Shown: positions 27,460-38,295 of the stretch, piece after piece
Layout of the letters: each line of letters opens with the position of its first letter
How positions within the stretch are numbered: the first letter of the stretch is position 1
The notes under the pieces: generated by a model
What the model was told of the DNA's origin: nothing
The model's input: only the letters and a program-made list of their open reading frames with translations
The model's database searches: none
Program-made: the position numbers and the translations under genes
Source: Eledone cirrhosa
Taxonomy: Eukaryota
Direction of reading: 5' to 3'
Assembly (NCBI GenBank): GCA_964016885.1
Contig: OZ024753.1
Location: 3,844,001 to 3,908,000, forward strand
Length of the DNA: 64,000 nt

Positions 27460-29110
27460 TCAGCTATTACCTCAACTTCTGTTTATCACAGAAACAAAGA
27501 TAGCATTCCTCAAAATAGGAGAAATACAAAGTTCTCTGAAAAAACTGAACTGTGGTAAATCGCCTGGAATATATGGGTTTACTGCAGACATTCGAAAAAC
27601 TGACGGAAATTATAATGCCATTATGCTTGAAAAAGTGATTAGACAATTGTTGTCTACAGAAAGAGTTTCTTAAAATATGATCGATTCAACCCCGTTTCAC
27701 TCGTTAAAAGTGGTCGATATGATGTGTGGGTAAATTTCTATGGAATTTCTCGATCTGTTGTTGGTAAATTCTTAACACGCCAGATTTGAGGTCATCTTAT
27801 GGAACTTATTTCACCAATGCCCATATCAAAATTTTAATTTGGCTCTCGCCACAACAGACGTACAATGGACATGGTTTTTACAACCTGATAGCTTTAGAAA
27901 TATACAGAGCAAGAGTTGGTTTTGTATCATGGATTCATAGAATTCACAAACGCTTTTCATGCTAACAATTGCTCAGCATTATGATCAAGGTTGAAAAAGT
28001 GTAGATGTTCTAATAAATGTGTAAATAGTGTTAAGAGTGTGCATGATAGAATGAAAGCATGCCTAAATTTTGGCAGCATACTATCATTCCCTTTTTCATT
28101 CGAAAATTGTGTGAAACAAGGAAAACTTGATGCCCCTATCTTATTTGAAATTTCATTTGCTGCTGTGCGTCGTACGATATAACTATATTGGAAAACTTCG
28201 TTCTATAACGACTGATCTTCTAGTAAGAGATCGTTTTTGATGCCGATGATGCAACCTTAGTATGCCATACAAAACTGGTTTTCAATCGCTTGTTCTATCA
28301 TTTGATGCCAACATTGATACATTTGGTCTTCCTATAAATATGAAGAAGACAAAGGTTATGTATCGGCCAGCTCCTGAGAGGCCGCAGTTCTATTCGTGAA
28401 GGACAACACACAAAGTGTGGTTTACATGTTCGTAAACCTTGACAGTACCCTCTCTAGATTGGGCTCACTAGATTTGGCTCTCTAGATTGGGCTCACTAAA
28501 ACAGCGAGCTCGCTTGGAATCTGCATGGAAATAAACTGATACAACTATTACGGTGTACCCGGGTTTTGTCTTGACACATCCCCGTAACTGCATTTAAACC
28601 TTGTTTACATATTTGTAACATTTAAACTCACTGGAAATATTTCATAACAAAATGCCACAGAAACATCCTGGTAATATCTCAGTCCAGATGCAGTTGGTAT
28701 TAAGAGAGCAAACAAAAGATCGCTGGATTCTTAGCCGCCTACGATTGTTAGGGTACCTTGTACGTCTTTATAAAAGCCACTTACCTAAGTAATATTTCTA
28801 ATGGGAAGAAAATCCAGGAAAGCCACCGTACCACAAAGAAAGGAAACGATACAAAGATTCCTTAAAAGAGATATTGATGAAAGTAAAACAAAATGTAACA
28901 AGTGGAAAGAGATAACGTATGAGAAGACGGTTTGGAGTTGCACGATGAAGCAGAGTGTTGATAAAATTGAGGTAAAATATAACAGATAGGCTGAACAAAA
29001 TATGGCTTCTCAAAAACAGGACATATCCTCACTTACTTTTCCCTTGTTCACATATCAATAAGGTATGTCTATTAATTGCTGGTCAGAAATCCTATTTAAA
29101 GTCAAAGAAT
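27460..29110 (+). pseudogene. Decayed RTE-clade LINE ORF (reverse transcriptase and C-terminus)
   Basis: Motifs in the expected order across broken frames: EIQSSLKKLNCGKSPGIYG, R..RRTMDMVF, FIEFTNAF, VKQGKLDAPILF, ADDA, GLPINMKKTKVMY, and C-terminal KWKEITYEKTVW. Many stops and frameshifts. Confidence 0.8.
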
Positions 29111-29814
29111 ATAAATCTATTCGTATATAAATTGAACACAGATTTTATGTCAGGTTTGCCACCAATGATGTAAGTCATCCACGGACCTTAAGAAACATTG
29201 TAACATCCACAGAGATGGGGATAGTTCAGTGAATAACACTTTACCATCAATATATTTGAGATTCAATTAGAAAACATCTAAAAAAAAAAGGCGTTCGATC
29301 CATATCTGGATTTAAAAAGCATATACGGGCTCACTGTAGAGAATTTTCGAATTAAAAGAAAATGAATAAATAAATAAATAAAATGAATAATCGTGATGAA
29401 TATTTCTCGTTCATTGATATATTGATATATTGTTTACATATTAGCAGTCCGTGTTTATATGTGAAAGTTTTTGGGTTAGTGGCGCTGCTAAATTTGATAA
29501 ATCGTAAGAAATTCTTCGTTACGTTTATACATTTAATGCGGATCGATAAGAGCAAATACTAATTGAAACCTTCGATCACTAAGCCGCCTATATTTGTGTG
29601 TCTTCTACTTAGATTACAAGGAAGGTAATTATTTCCTGTTGACACAGTAATTTGATATTCTTAATCTGTTCCACAAATAATCTTAATCCTACACAATGCA
29701 GATATCGATATAGTTTTGATTAAAACAGCTATTTTTCTTAAGAAGAGAACAAATATATAGTTAATCATATGCCCTTCCCACACATATGTTTTTCACATAT
29801 ACGTACATACCTGC

Positions 29815-29855
<41 letters not shown>

Positions 29856-30091
29856 TACATAGATACGCACATATATATATATATATATACATATGCATAC
29901 AGGCTTATGTATATGTATATATATATATACATACAGGCTTATGTATATGTATATATATATATATATTTATACACACATACATATACATACACATATGCAT
30001 ACAGGCTTATGTATTGTGTGTATATATATATATATATATATATTTATACACACATACATATACATACACATATGCATACAGGCTTATGTAT

Positions 30092-30136
<45 letters not shown>
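29815..30136. repeat. (TA/CA)n with a repeated CATACAGGCTTATGTA unit
   Basis: The unit ATACAGGCTTATGTA recurs four times between 29895 and 30092 within the microsatellite. Confidence 0.9.
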
Positions 30137-30141
<5 letters not shown>

Positions 30142-30440
30142 TACTTGGGGAGGTCATATTTGCGTAATATTGCCAGAATTAATAACAGAACACACACACT
30201 GTTTGGTTGGTTTTCGCTTCTCGCTGTCTTTTATATCTGCGATCTAACTTACTCGGTCCTCAATGTTGCCATTGACTGACCGACGGTCAAAAATAATACA
30301 GATACAATATAGACACAAACACATATATATAGTTTACATAATTTACATAAATCTTTCGTTGCACATCTGCAACATCGTCAGTGGTGTTATATTCTTTGTT
30401 CCTCCTGTTGTGTTGTATGTCTACGCCATTTTTTATTCAG
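30137..30440 (-). mobile_element. Family B hammerhead-bearing element (single arm)
   Basis: Homologous to 35012-35520. Minus strand 30343-30388 reads CCA-CTGACGA-T-GTTGCA-GATG-TGCAAC-GAAA-GATTT; the stem I 3' side is disrupted by a TTTACATAA duplication. Abuts (TA)n. Confidence 0.7.
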
Positions 30441-30603
30441 TCTGTATATATATATATTTATTTATTTATTTGCTTGTTTGTTTATCTTATTTTATTTTGT
30501 CTTCTTTGCGCATGCGTTTGCGTGTGTGTATAGTGTTATGTGTGCTGTGTGACTAGTGTGTATAGTGTTGTATATAAGAGACTAGTGTGTATAGTGTTGT
30601 ATA

Positions 30604-30879
30604 TAAGAGAGTGGGACTGGCTTTGTGCAGTGCCTTTGCTCACTATAAAAGCTTCACGGCACAGGCATTGCTTTATATCTGGAGATCTCTCTGTACTTGT
30701 CGTTACATGGTACCATGGGCCCAGCACTGTGTGTCAATAATTGTCACGAGTGTAGTGTTTGTACCAGAGTTTTCAAGTCGCTGGCTGGACTAAAAAGCCA
30801 CACTCGTTCAGCGCATCGGTAGGGGTTCTCCTACATGTAAATAAAGTAGTGGCCGTACTCGAAAACAAGTTGGCAGCCA
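30604..30879 (+). mobile_element. Short bipartite RTE-derived retroposon, copy 2 (5'-truncated)
   Basis: Same body and 3' end as 31073-31622; preceded by a 29-bp tandem duplication GACTAGTGTGTATAGTGTTGTATATAAGA. Confidence 0.85.
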
Positions 30880-31072
30880 ATATGTATATATGTATGTGTA
30901 TATATATATATGTATGTGTATGTATATATGTGTGTGTATGTGTATGTATATATATGTGTATGTATATATGTGTATATGTGTATATGTGTGTATGTGTGTA
31001 TATATATATTTATATGTATGCGTATGGATGTGGGTGTGTATATATATATACACACATACCTGTATCTATGCA

Positions 31073-31622
31073 TGGTCGGGTCGTTGGCGACTAAACTGGC
31101 AACCCCACCAAGGTTTCTTGGTCAGGAGGGTGACTTTGGACATCCTGCAGGACTAAAAACAAAACCTGTCAAAGGGCAAAGGAGCTCTTAAGAGTCAATG
31201 GCCATCCAAAATCACCGGCAGAGATGACCCCTTAGCCTTTGTCAAGGCAGAATTCTAGGAGAAGGAAAACTCCTATATAACACCTGCAACCCTGATGGTA
31301 TCCAATGATGTTGACTTGTTCTTCTTTTTGGTAAATATCATCTTGTTTAAGAAAGTGGGACTGGCTTTGTGCAGTGCCTTTGCTCACTATAAAAGCTTCA
31401 CGGCACAGGCATTGCTTTATATCTGGAGATCTCTCTGCACTTGTCACATGGTACCATGGGCCCAGCACTATGTGTCAATAATTGTCACAGGTGTAGTGTT
31501 TGTACCAGAGTTTTCAAGTCGCTGGCTGGACTAAAAAGTCACACTCGTTCAGCGCAACGGTAGGGGTTCTCCTACATGGATATAAAGTAGTGGCCGTACT
31601 CGAAAACGAGTTGGCAGCCACC
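31073..31622 (+). mobile_element. Short bipartite RTE-derived retroposon, copy 3 (longest, ~550 bp)
   Basis: The 5' part (GGTCGTTGGCGACTAAACTGGCAACCCCACC...CTAGGAGAAGGAAAACTC) resembles RTE 5' UTRs. The 3' part is a zinc-finger remnant plus the hairpin ACTCG-AAAA-CGAGT. No RT; flanked by microsatellite. Confidence 0.85.
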
Positions 31623-31645
31623 ATATATGTATATATATATGTTTG

Positions 31646-31714
<69 letters not shown>

Positions 31715-31769
31715 ATGCATATATATATATATATATATATATATTTGTATGCATATATATATTTGTATG

Positions 31770-31810
<41 letters not shown>

Positions 31811-31815
31811 ATGTA

Positions 31816-31930
<115 letters not shown>

Positions 31931-32233
31931 ATATATATATATATATATATGTATATTTATATATATATGTATGTATATATATATATATGTATGTATATTT
32001 ATATATATATGTATGTATATATATATATATATATGTAGATAAATCTACCAAGAGTTTACGGTAGTGTCCAATTCGTATGAAGAACTCAATGTATTCCGGA
32101 TATCATGGAAAGAAGAGATGTAGTGAAAAATCACTTTCGGTGAAAGATAAACGGTATACAGAGTCAAGATAAAATATTAAACAAATAATGAATAAACAAT
32201 GAGACAGTTCCTTATATTAAACAAAAAAAGTTC

Positions 32234-32381
32234 ATTATTTAACGATCGTTTCTAGGATATATATGTGTTAGAATTGGCATGCATATTCAACAGATCTATG
32301 TACAAAATTATACAAAATTATACAAACTATCAAGATTAAATATACATACCAACACATATATACGCCGTCTTCAGAAATAAA
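32234..32381 (-). ncRNA. Type I hammerhead ribozyme, mirror copy in the left arm
   Basis: Reverse complement of 32381-32528. Confidence 0.8.
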
Positions 32382-32528
32382 TTATTTCTGAAGACGGCGT
32401 ATATATGTGTTGGTATGTATATTTAATCTTGATAGTTTGTATAATTTTGTATAATTTTGTACATAGATCTGTTGAATATGCATGCCAATTCTAACACATA
32501 TATATCCTAGAAACGATCGTTAAATAAT
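32381..32528 (+). ncRNA. Type I hammerhead ribozyme with long stem II
   Basis: ATTATTT-CTGAAGA-[CGGCGTATATATGTGTTGG...CTAACACATATATATCCTA]-GAA-ACGATCGT-T-AAATAAT: 7-bp stem I, long stem II, palindromic stem III, GUU triplet. Confidence 0.8.
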
Positions 32529-32584
32529 GAACTTTTTTTGTTTAATATTCTGAACTGTCTCATTGTTTATTCATTATTTGTTTA

Positions 32585-32669
<85 letters not shown>

Positions 32670-32678
32670 ATTTATATT

Positions 32679-32713
<35 letters not shown>

Positions 32714-32794
32714 ATATATATGTCTGTATGCATATATTTATATATATATATATGTCTGTATGCATATATTTATATATATATATACATGTCTGTA

Positions 32795-32833
<39 letters not shown>

Positions 32834-33103
32834 GTATGCATATATATATATATATATATATAACTGTATGTATATATATATATATAACTGTATGTATATA
32901 TATATATATATATAACTATGTATATATATATATATATATCTGTATGCATATATATATATATCTTTATGCATATATATATATATATACAAGGCTAATTGTT
33001 GGCTACTGAAGACTTTTGATGTATTGAAGGCCTCTTTGTTTATCTTTATAAAAAATTATAAAAAATTATAAAAATTATAAATACATATATATATATATTT
33101 CTA

Positions 33104-33139
<36 letters not shown>

Positions 33140-33354
33140 TAAACGGAATAGAAAATGCTGACAAATTGTTCACAGTTGAAAAATGGTTTAATTAGGAATA
33201 AAAGAGTATTAGTGATTGTACGGGTTAGTATTCAGTTGTGGTTTTAAGTTTTTAAGTTTTTACCGGTTGCGCATTTCTAAATGCTTTTCAAAAATAATTT
33301 TGAGATAGAGTGTCCGTGCTGTTTGCTCTGATCTGTATATATATATATATATAA

Positions 33355-33397
<43 letters not shown>

Positions 33398-33399
<2 letters not shown>

Positions 33400-33597
33400 C
33401 TAAGGAAATGTGGTAAGGAACCAGGTGGATCATAACGCACCAAAGTACTCAATACTTAGGGTAGTAGAGTGGGTAATAGGAACGAGCAGGACCCCGACGG
33501 CTGAGCTCAAGCCGTTTCGATGGCAAATTCTGGACATAATGAGCCCAGAATTAGCCGTCGAAACGGCTTGAGCTCAGCCGTCGGGGTCCTACTCGTT

Positions 33598-33602
<5 letters not shown>
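33398..33602. mobile_element. Family A fold-back element (best-preserved copy)
   Basis: Inverted repeat 33476-33533 / 33545-33602 with 11-nt loop. Each arm carries GAA-ACGGCT-TGAGCTC-AGCCGT-C-GGGGTCC (hammerhead GAAA box, stem III, GUC site), but no CTGANGA box is present. (TA)n on both sides. Confidence 0.8.
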
Positions 33603-33633
<31 letters not shown>

Positions 33634-33635
33634 TA

Positions 33636-33671
<36 letters not shown>

Positions 33672-35061
33672 TGTGCGTTTGTGTGAGTGACTGTTTACAT
33701 AATAAGAATTTAATTTAATCTTATTGGGTTATTGGATAGCATTAGTTAATCGTTTATCCTCCAAATATAAACATTGACGATAAAATGTATCATCAAGCAG
33801 ATTAACCTACCATGGATTAAGCCGCTCAAATCTGACTTTCTGAAATCTCCTGCTTGAAAATTAATATCGGCGAAGAATTTAACGTCTTAAAATCTCTCGA
33901 GTTAATGAAATTTGAACGACTTTTTTATGTTAAAATATGCACGAATAAATCTAGTTTGCTTCTACGTGATCAGTGAACTTGCTAGAAATAGATGCTAAAT
34001 AGTATTTCTGGCCCAAACACGGATGAGGTGTTACGAACCCTGCTGTGCAATCACATGATTTCGTGCACTTTACAATTTACTAAAGACTCTAATTGAGCAA
34101 GTCCTATTGAGATAAAATTGTTAAACGGAGACCATATTATTTGTAGATATAGGCTGAACATTTATTTAATTATAGTACCATTCCTATTTTAATCTCTCTC
34201 AAGTGACACTTATCGGTATAAACTTCAGGATTTCTCTTACACAGACCATTTAGTTGTGAAAACGTAAATTTCTCAGTTTGTAGTGTTGTTACCATATTCT
34301 GTAATCCTGATATAGCTCCAAATTAAATACCTTCAAAGCTACTCATTATTGCAACGCGCCTATGTTCTATTCGAGGTTCGATTAAAAGAAAATATAAATA
34401 ATTTCGTATTCGGAAGACAACGCTGGTCTCGTTCGGTTATGTCTCTTTGCAAAGTAGATTGAATTTCATCTATGATAATTAATGACGTTAGGGTCGTATC
34501 AAATGTACGCGTGGCGATTCGTTTCATTAGTACATGGTAGAAAGTTTGTGCGAACGCTTCGTAGAAAAATATATTCAATAGAAAAGAGAAACAATGAAAT
34601 ACTAGATATACTAGCAAAATAAACTTTCCAGTGTACGGTGTTGTTGCTATCGGATATGAAGAATCACGAGAACAAGTTTCGGAGAGAGAGATAAATGCAT
34701 ATACGTCTGTGTTTATATGGTCAGTCAAGCTGCTACAATCATCTGATCTTATTAAATAAAGATCTACAACTATTTCTGTCCATTCAGGGCTATATATCTT
34801 CGTATGGTATTGTTCAGTTTCTCGGTTTTAATCTGTGTGTGCGTGTGTATATATATATACACACACGCACATATATATATATATATATATTTTAAATAAA
34901 TATACATATATATATATACATATAAATATATACATATATATATATTTACATACATATACATACATATACATACATATACATACATATAAATATATACCCA
35001 TATATACATATATTGTTATACTTGGGGAGGGTCATATTGTTGTAATATTGACAGAAATAAT

Positions 35062-35274
35062 GATTTCTAGTATAGACACAAGACCAGTAATTTGGGGGAG
35101 GGGAAAGTAGATTAAATCGACCCCAGTACATTACTGGTGCTTTATTTTATTGACCTCGTAAGGATGAAAGGCAAAGTTAACATCGGCGAGATTTGAACTC
35201 AGACCGTAAAGGGCTGTAACTCTATGCTGCAAAGCATGATGTCCGACTCTACCGATACTGCCAATCCACCGCCC
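35062..35274 (-). mobile_element. Full-length main-family SINE with 19-bp TSD, inserted into the family B arm
   Basis: TAATATTGACAGAAATAAT at 35043-35061 and 35275-35293; the minus strand starts GGGCGGTGGATTGGCAGTATCGG. Confidence 0.93.
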
Positions 35275-35428
35275 TAATATTGACAGAAATAATAACAGAA
35301 CACATTCACTGTTTGTTTGGTTTCCGCTTCTGTATCTTTTATATCTCCATAGTTAATTTGTTTGGCAATCAATGTTTATCATTGATTGACCAGCGGTTAA
35401 AAATACAGATATAAATATATATATAGTC

Positions 35429-35472
35429 TATCAAAGTCCTTTCGTTGCACATCTGCAACATCATCAGTGGTA
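35429..35472 (-). ncRNA. Minimal type I hammerhead ribozyme
   Basis: Minus strand: TACCA-CTGATGA-T-GTTGCA-GATG-TGCAAC-GAAA-GGAC-TT-TGATA. Perfect 6-bp stem II, 1-bp stem III, stem I with one mismatch. Confidence 0.7.
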
Positions 35473-35924
35473 CTTTTATTTTTCCGCCTGTTGTATTGTA
35501 TGTCTACGCCATTTTTATTTTAAATAAATTAAAATTAAAATATTGCAGATGTGCCACGAAAGAACTTTGATAGACTATATATATATATATATATTTATAG
35601 CTGTATATTTAACCGCTAGTCAATCAATGATAAACATTGATTGCCAAATAAATTAACTATGGAGATATAAATGATACAGAAGCGAAAACCAACCAAATAG
35701 CGAGTTTGTTCGGTTATAATTTCTGGCAATATTACAACAATATGACTCTCACCAAGTATATATTTGTTTCGACACACGATTTCATATAAAAAACTTTGCA
35801 AAATAAATTCATCGCCATATACATATAAATATGTACAAACACATATATATATACACACACACACACATATATATATACACACACACACACATATATATAT
35901 ACACACACACACACATATATATAT

Positions 35925-35995
<71 letters not shown>

Positions 35996-36194
35996 CACAC
36001 ACACACATATATATATACACACACACATATATATATATATATATTTATAACGCCGATGAATTAGTTTTGCGAGGTTTTTTATATGAAATCGTGTGTCGAA
36101 ACAAATATTGTTATACTGGAAAACCAACCAAACAGTGAGTGTGTTCTGATATTAATTCTGGCAATATTACACAAATATGACCCTCCCCAAGTAT

Positions 36195-36243
<49 letters not shown>

Positions 36244-38083
36244 TATATATATATATGATTTTTGCTGAATTTGTAGCAGAAGATATGCACCCTCTTTTCA
36301 ATACTCTATTGACATAATTAGTTCTCTTCTGCATAAAACTCATTCGCCATCAATTTTATTCTTTCACTGCCTTGAATCTTATCCACACAAGGAATATGTG
36401 ACTAAATTAGTTTCATATGCGTAACGTATGTGATTAAATGTGGTTAACTCTCCAATAAGATACTTTTGCCTTTCTTATATTTCTTATTGATTTTGAGATA
36501 ATTTTGTATAGAATGACAAACACTTTTCATCTTTCTATATTCTTATTTTTGTACAGCAAAATGTCAGAGTTGTTAGAATGTTGGAACGTTTTGTAAGATT
36601 CTTTTGCTCTCTATGTTGAATATCGCCTTTTGTCCTTGAAAGCACGGCGAATTTATAATATCCTCTTTCCTCCTCTCCTTCTCCTCCAAATTTGGCTCCA
36701 TTAAAAAGGATTTTCAACGAAAATTCTTGTAGATTTGTAACGAGGAAACGAAACATACATACCACGCTGAAAATGTAGTAGTCGGAAAGCCTTAAAACTT
36801 CACGAAAATTATTTATTATCAGCTCAAATTCTGTACACTTTTGATAGATAGTAACAACTTTGGCATCGGAATCTGGCGGAAATGGACAAACAGAAGTGAC
36901 CGATTGCAATGCAATTGTTTTGCATGCAGCCAACATAGTTGCTAACAAATTTCTCATGCAATTAAGATAGATAAATGTTAAAGACACCAACAATAGCTGC
37001 GTTCTCGTAATACTGTTGCAGACTGATATGATTATACTTTGATTTGGACGGCAAAGCTACGTTTCGAGAACCAAATCTCAATTTGTTGATTCGTTTTAGT
37101 CGTGAGGTGTATATTTAATGAGTTTTACAAGTGTTCTATCCTTTAAGACAACATATCAGCTTCGTTTCAAGTATCTTGCCTCTCATTATTTTATGTGTCT
37201 TTTCTCAAACTGATTAATATGGCATTGGTAGGCACATCCTAAACCAATGACACATCAAGGCAATGTTGAAGGATGTGCATTGCTGTAATGTATTTCTGAT
37301 GATCTCGTGAGGCTCTTCACTTATATAACATTACAAATCACACACGAGAGTCCATGCTTTTCGCATTATTCTTATAAAGATCATTGGTACTTGTAAACAT
37401 TACTTTAGTTTTATAATTTGAACTGACTTTACTAGCTATTTCCATTACATATAAGTATTCTTCATCAAAACACTGACTTTACAAAAAAGGTAAACATGCC
37501 TGTACATGTTTTAATAGATACATGTCAACCTCTTTCATGTATTTAAATCTATAACCATTTAATAATTATTCCCTCTCCCTCACTAAATCATGTTGAAGTG
37601 CATTTTACAAAATATAACATTTAAATGTATTCGTGCAGAATTGATTAATTTTCATAAACCTGATCGTTATACTATTTTAAAGTGATGTCAATTTAAGGAT
37701 TATTCAGCTGAATCAACCAAGCTTTGCTAAAAGAGATTCTATTAGACATCTGTCCCTGTTGAATACTAACATATTTCTTTCACATCCATCAGCATTTAAA
37801 TGCTGGAAACAATTGCATAATATTCTTTTTATCAGTGACCTGGTTCCACTCTCTCTCTCTTCACTTATTATCTTCAGTGACAGGTATTACTGCTTATAAA
37901 TAGTTAACTAATCGGAAGACTTTTTTCACATTTTTCTTGCTAGAAATTCTCTGCTGTTCTAAATTCCTTGACGGCTTTTTCCATTTCCCTTCTTCATATT
38001 CTTATTTGTATGTAATACAACATTTCCCCTCCCTCACCTTTGCTACGCAGACACCAGTGACATGTAACCTAAATATCTGTAGC

Positions 38084-38295
38084 ATAGTGGATCGGCAGAG
38101 GTTGTAGGGAGTTGAATAAAATTCAATTGCGCTAGTTGTTCTGGCGGTTTACATTCTGCTTTTAAATCGGACTGTGCTCAATAATGACTTTCATCATTTC
38201 GGATTAGATAAAATATACTACCCATCAAGTATTGAGGGTGATTTAATCACCTTACATCCTCTCCTAAGTATACTGGTCTTGTGCCTACATTATAA
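38084..38295 (+). mobile_element. Old degenerate main-family SINE
   Basis: GTGGATCGGCAGAG head, GACTTTCATCATTTCGGATTAGATAAAAT core, CTGGTCTTGTGCCTACATT tail. Confidence 0.65.

Larger units (their letters stand above)
32037..32593. mobile_element. (TA)n-embedded fold-back element, family C: near-perfect ~212-bp-arm palindrome with a hammerhead on each strand
   Basis: Arms 32169-32380 and 32382-32593 around a single unpaired base at 32381, with one small mismatch patch (ATAAGG vs ATTCTG). Extra unique tail at 32037-32168. (TA)n on both sides. Confidence 0.9.
35012..36200. mobile_element. Family B nested fold-back complex
   Basis: Left arm 35017-35458 (interrupted by a SINE) is inverted at 35543-35760. 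A second inverted pair at about 35755-35815 / 36053-36117 flanks a microsatellite. A third terminus copy lies at 36119-36200. (TA)n outside. Confidence 0.8.
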
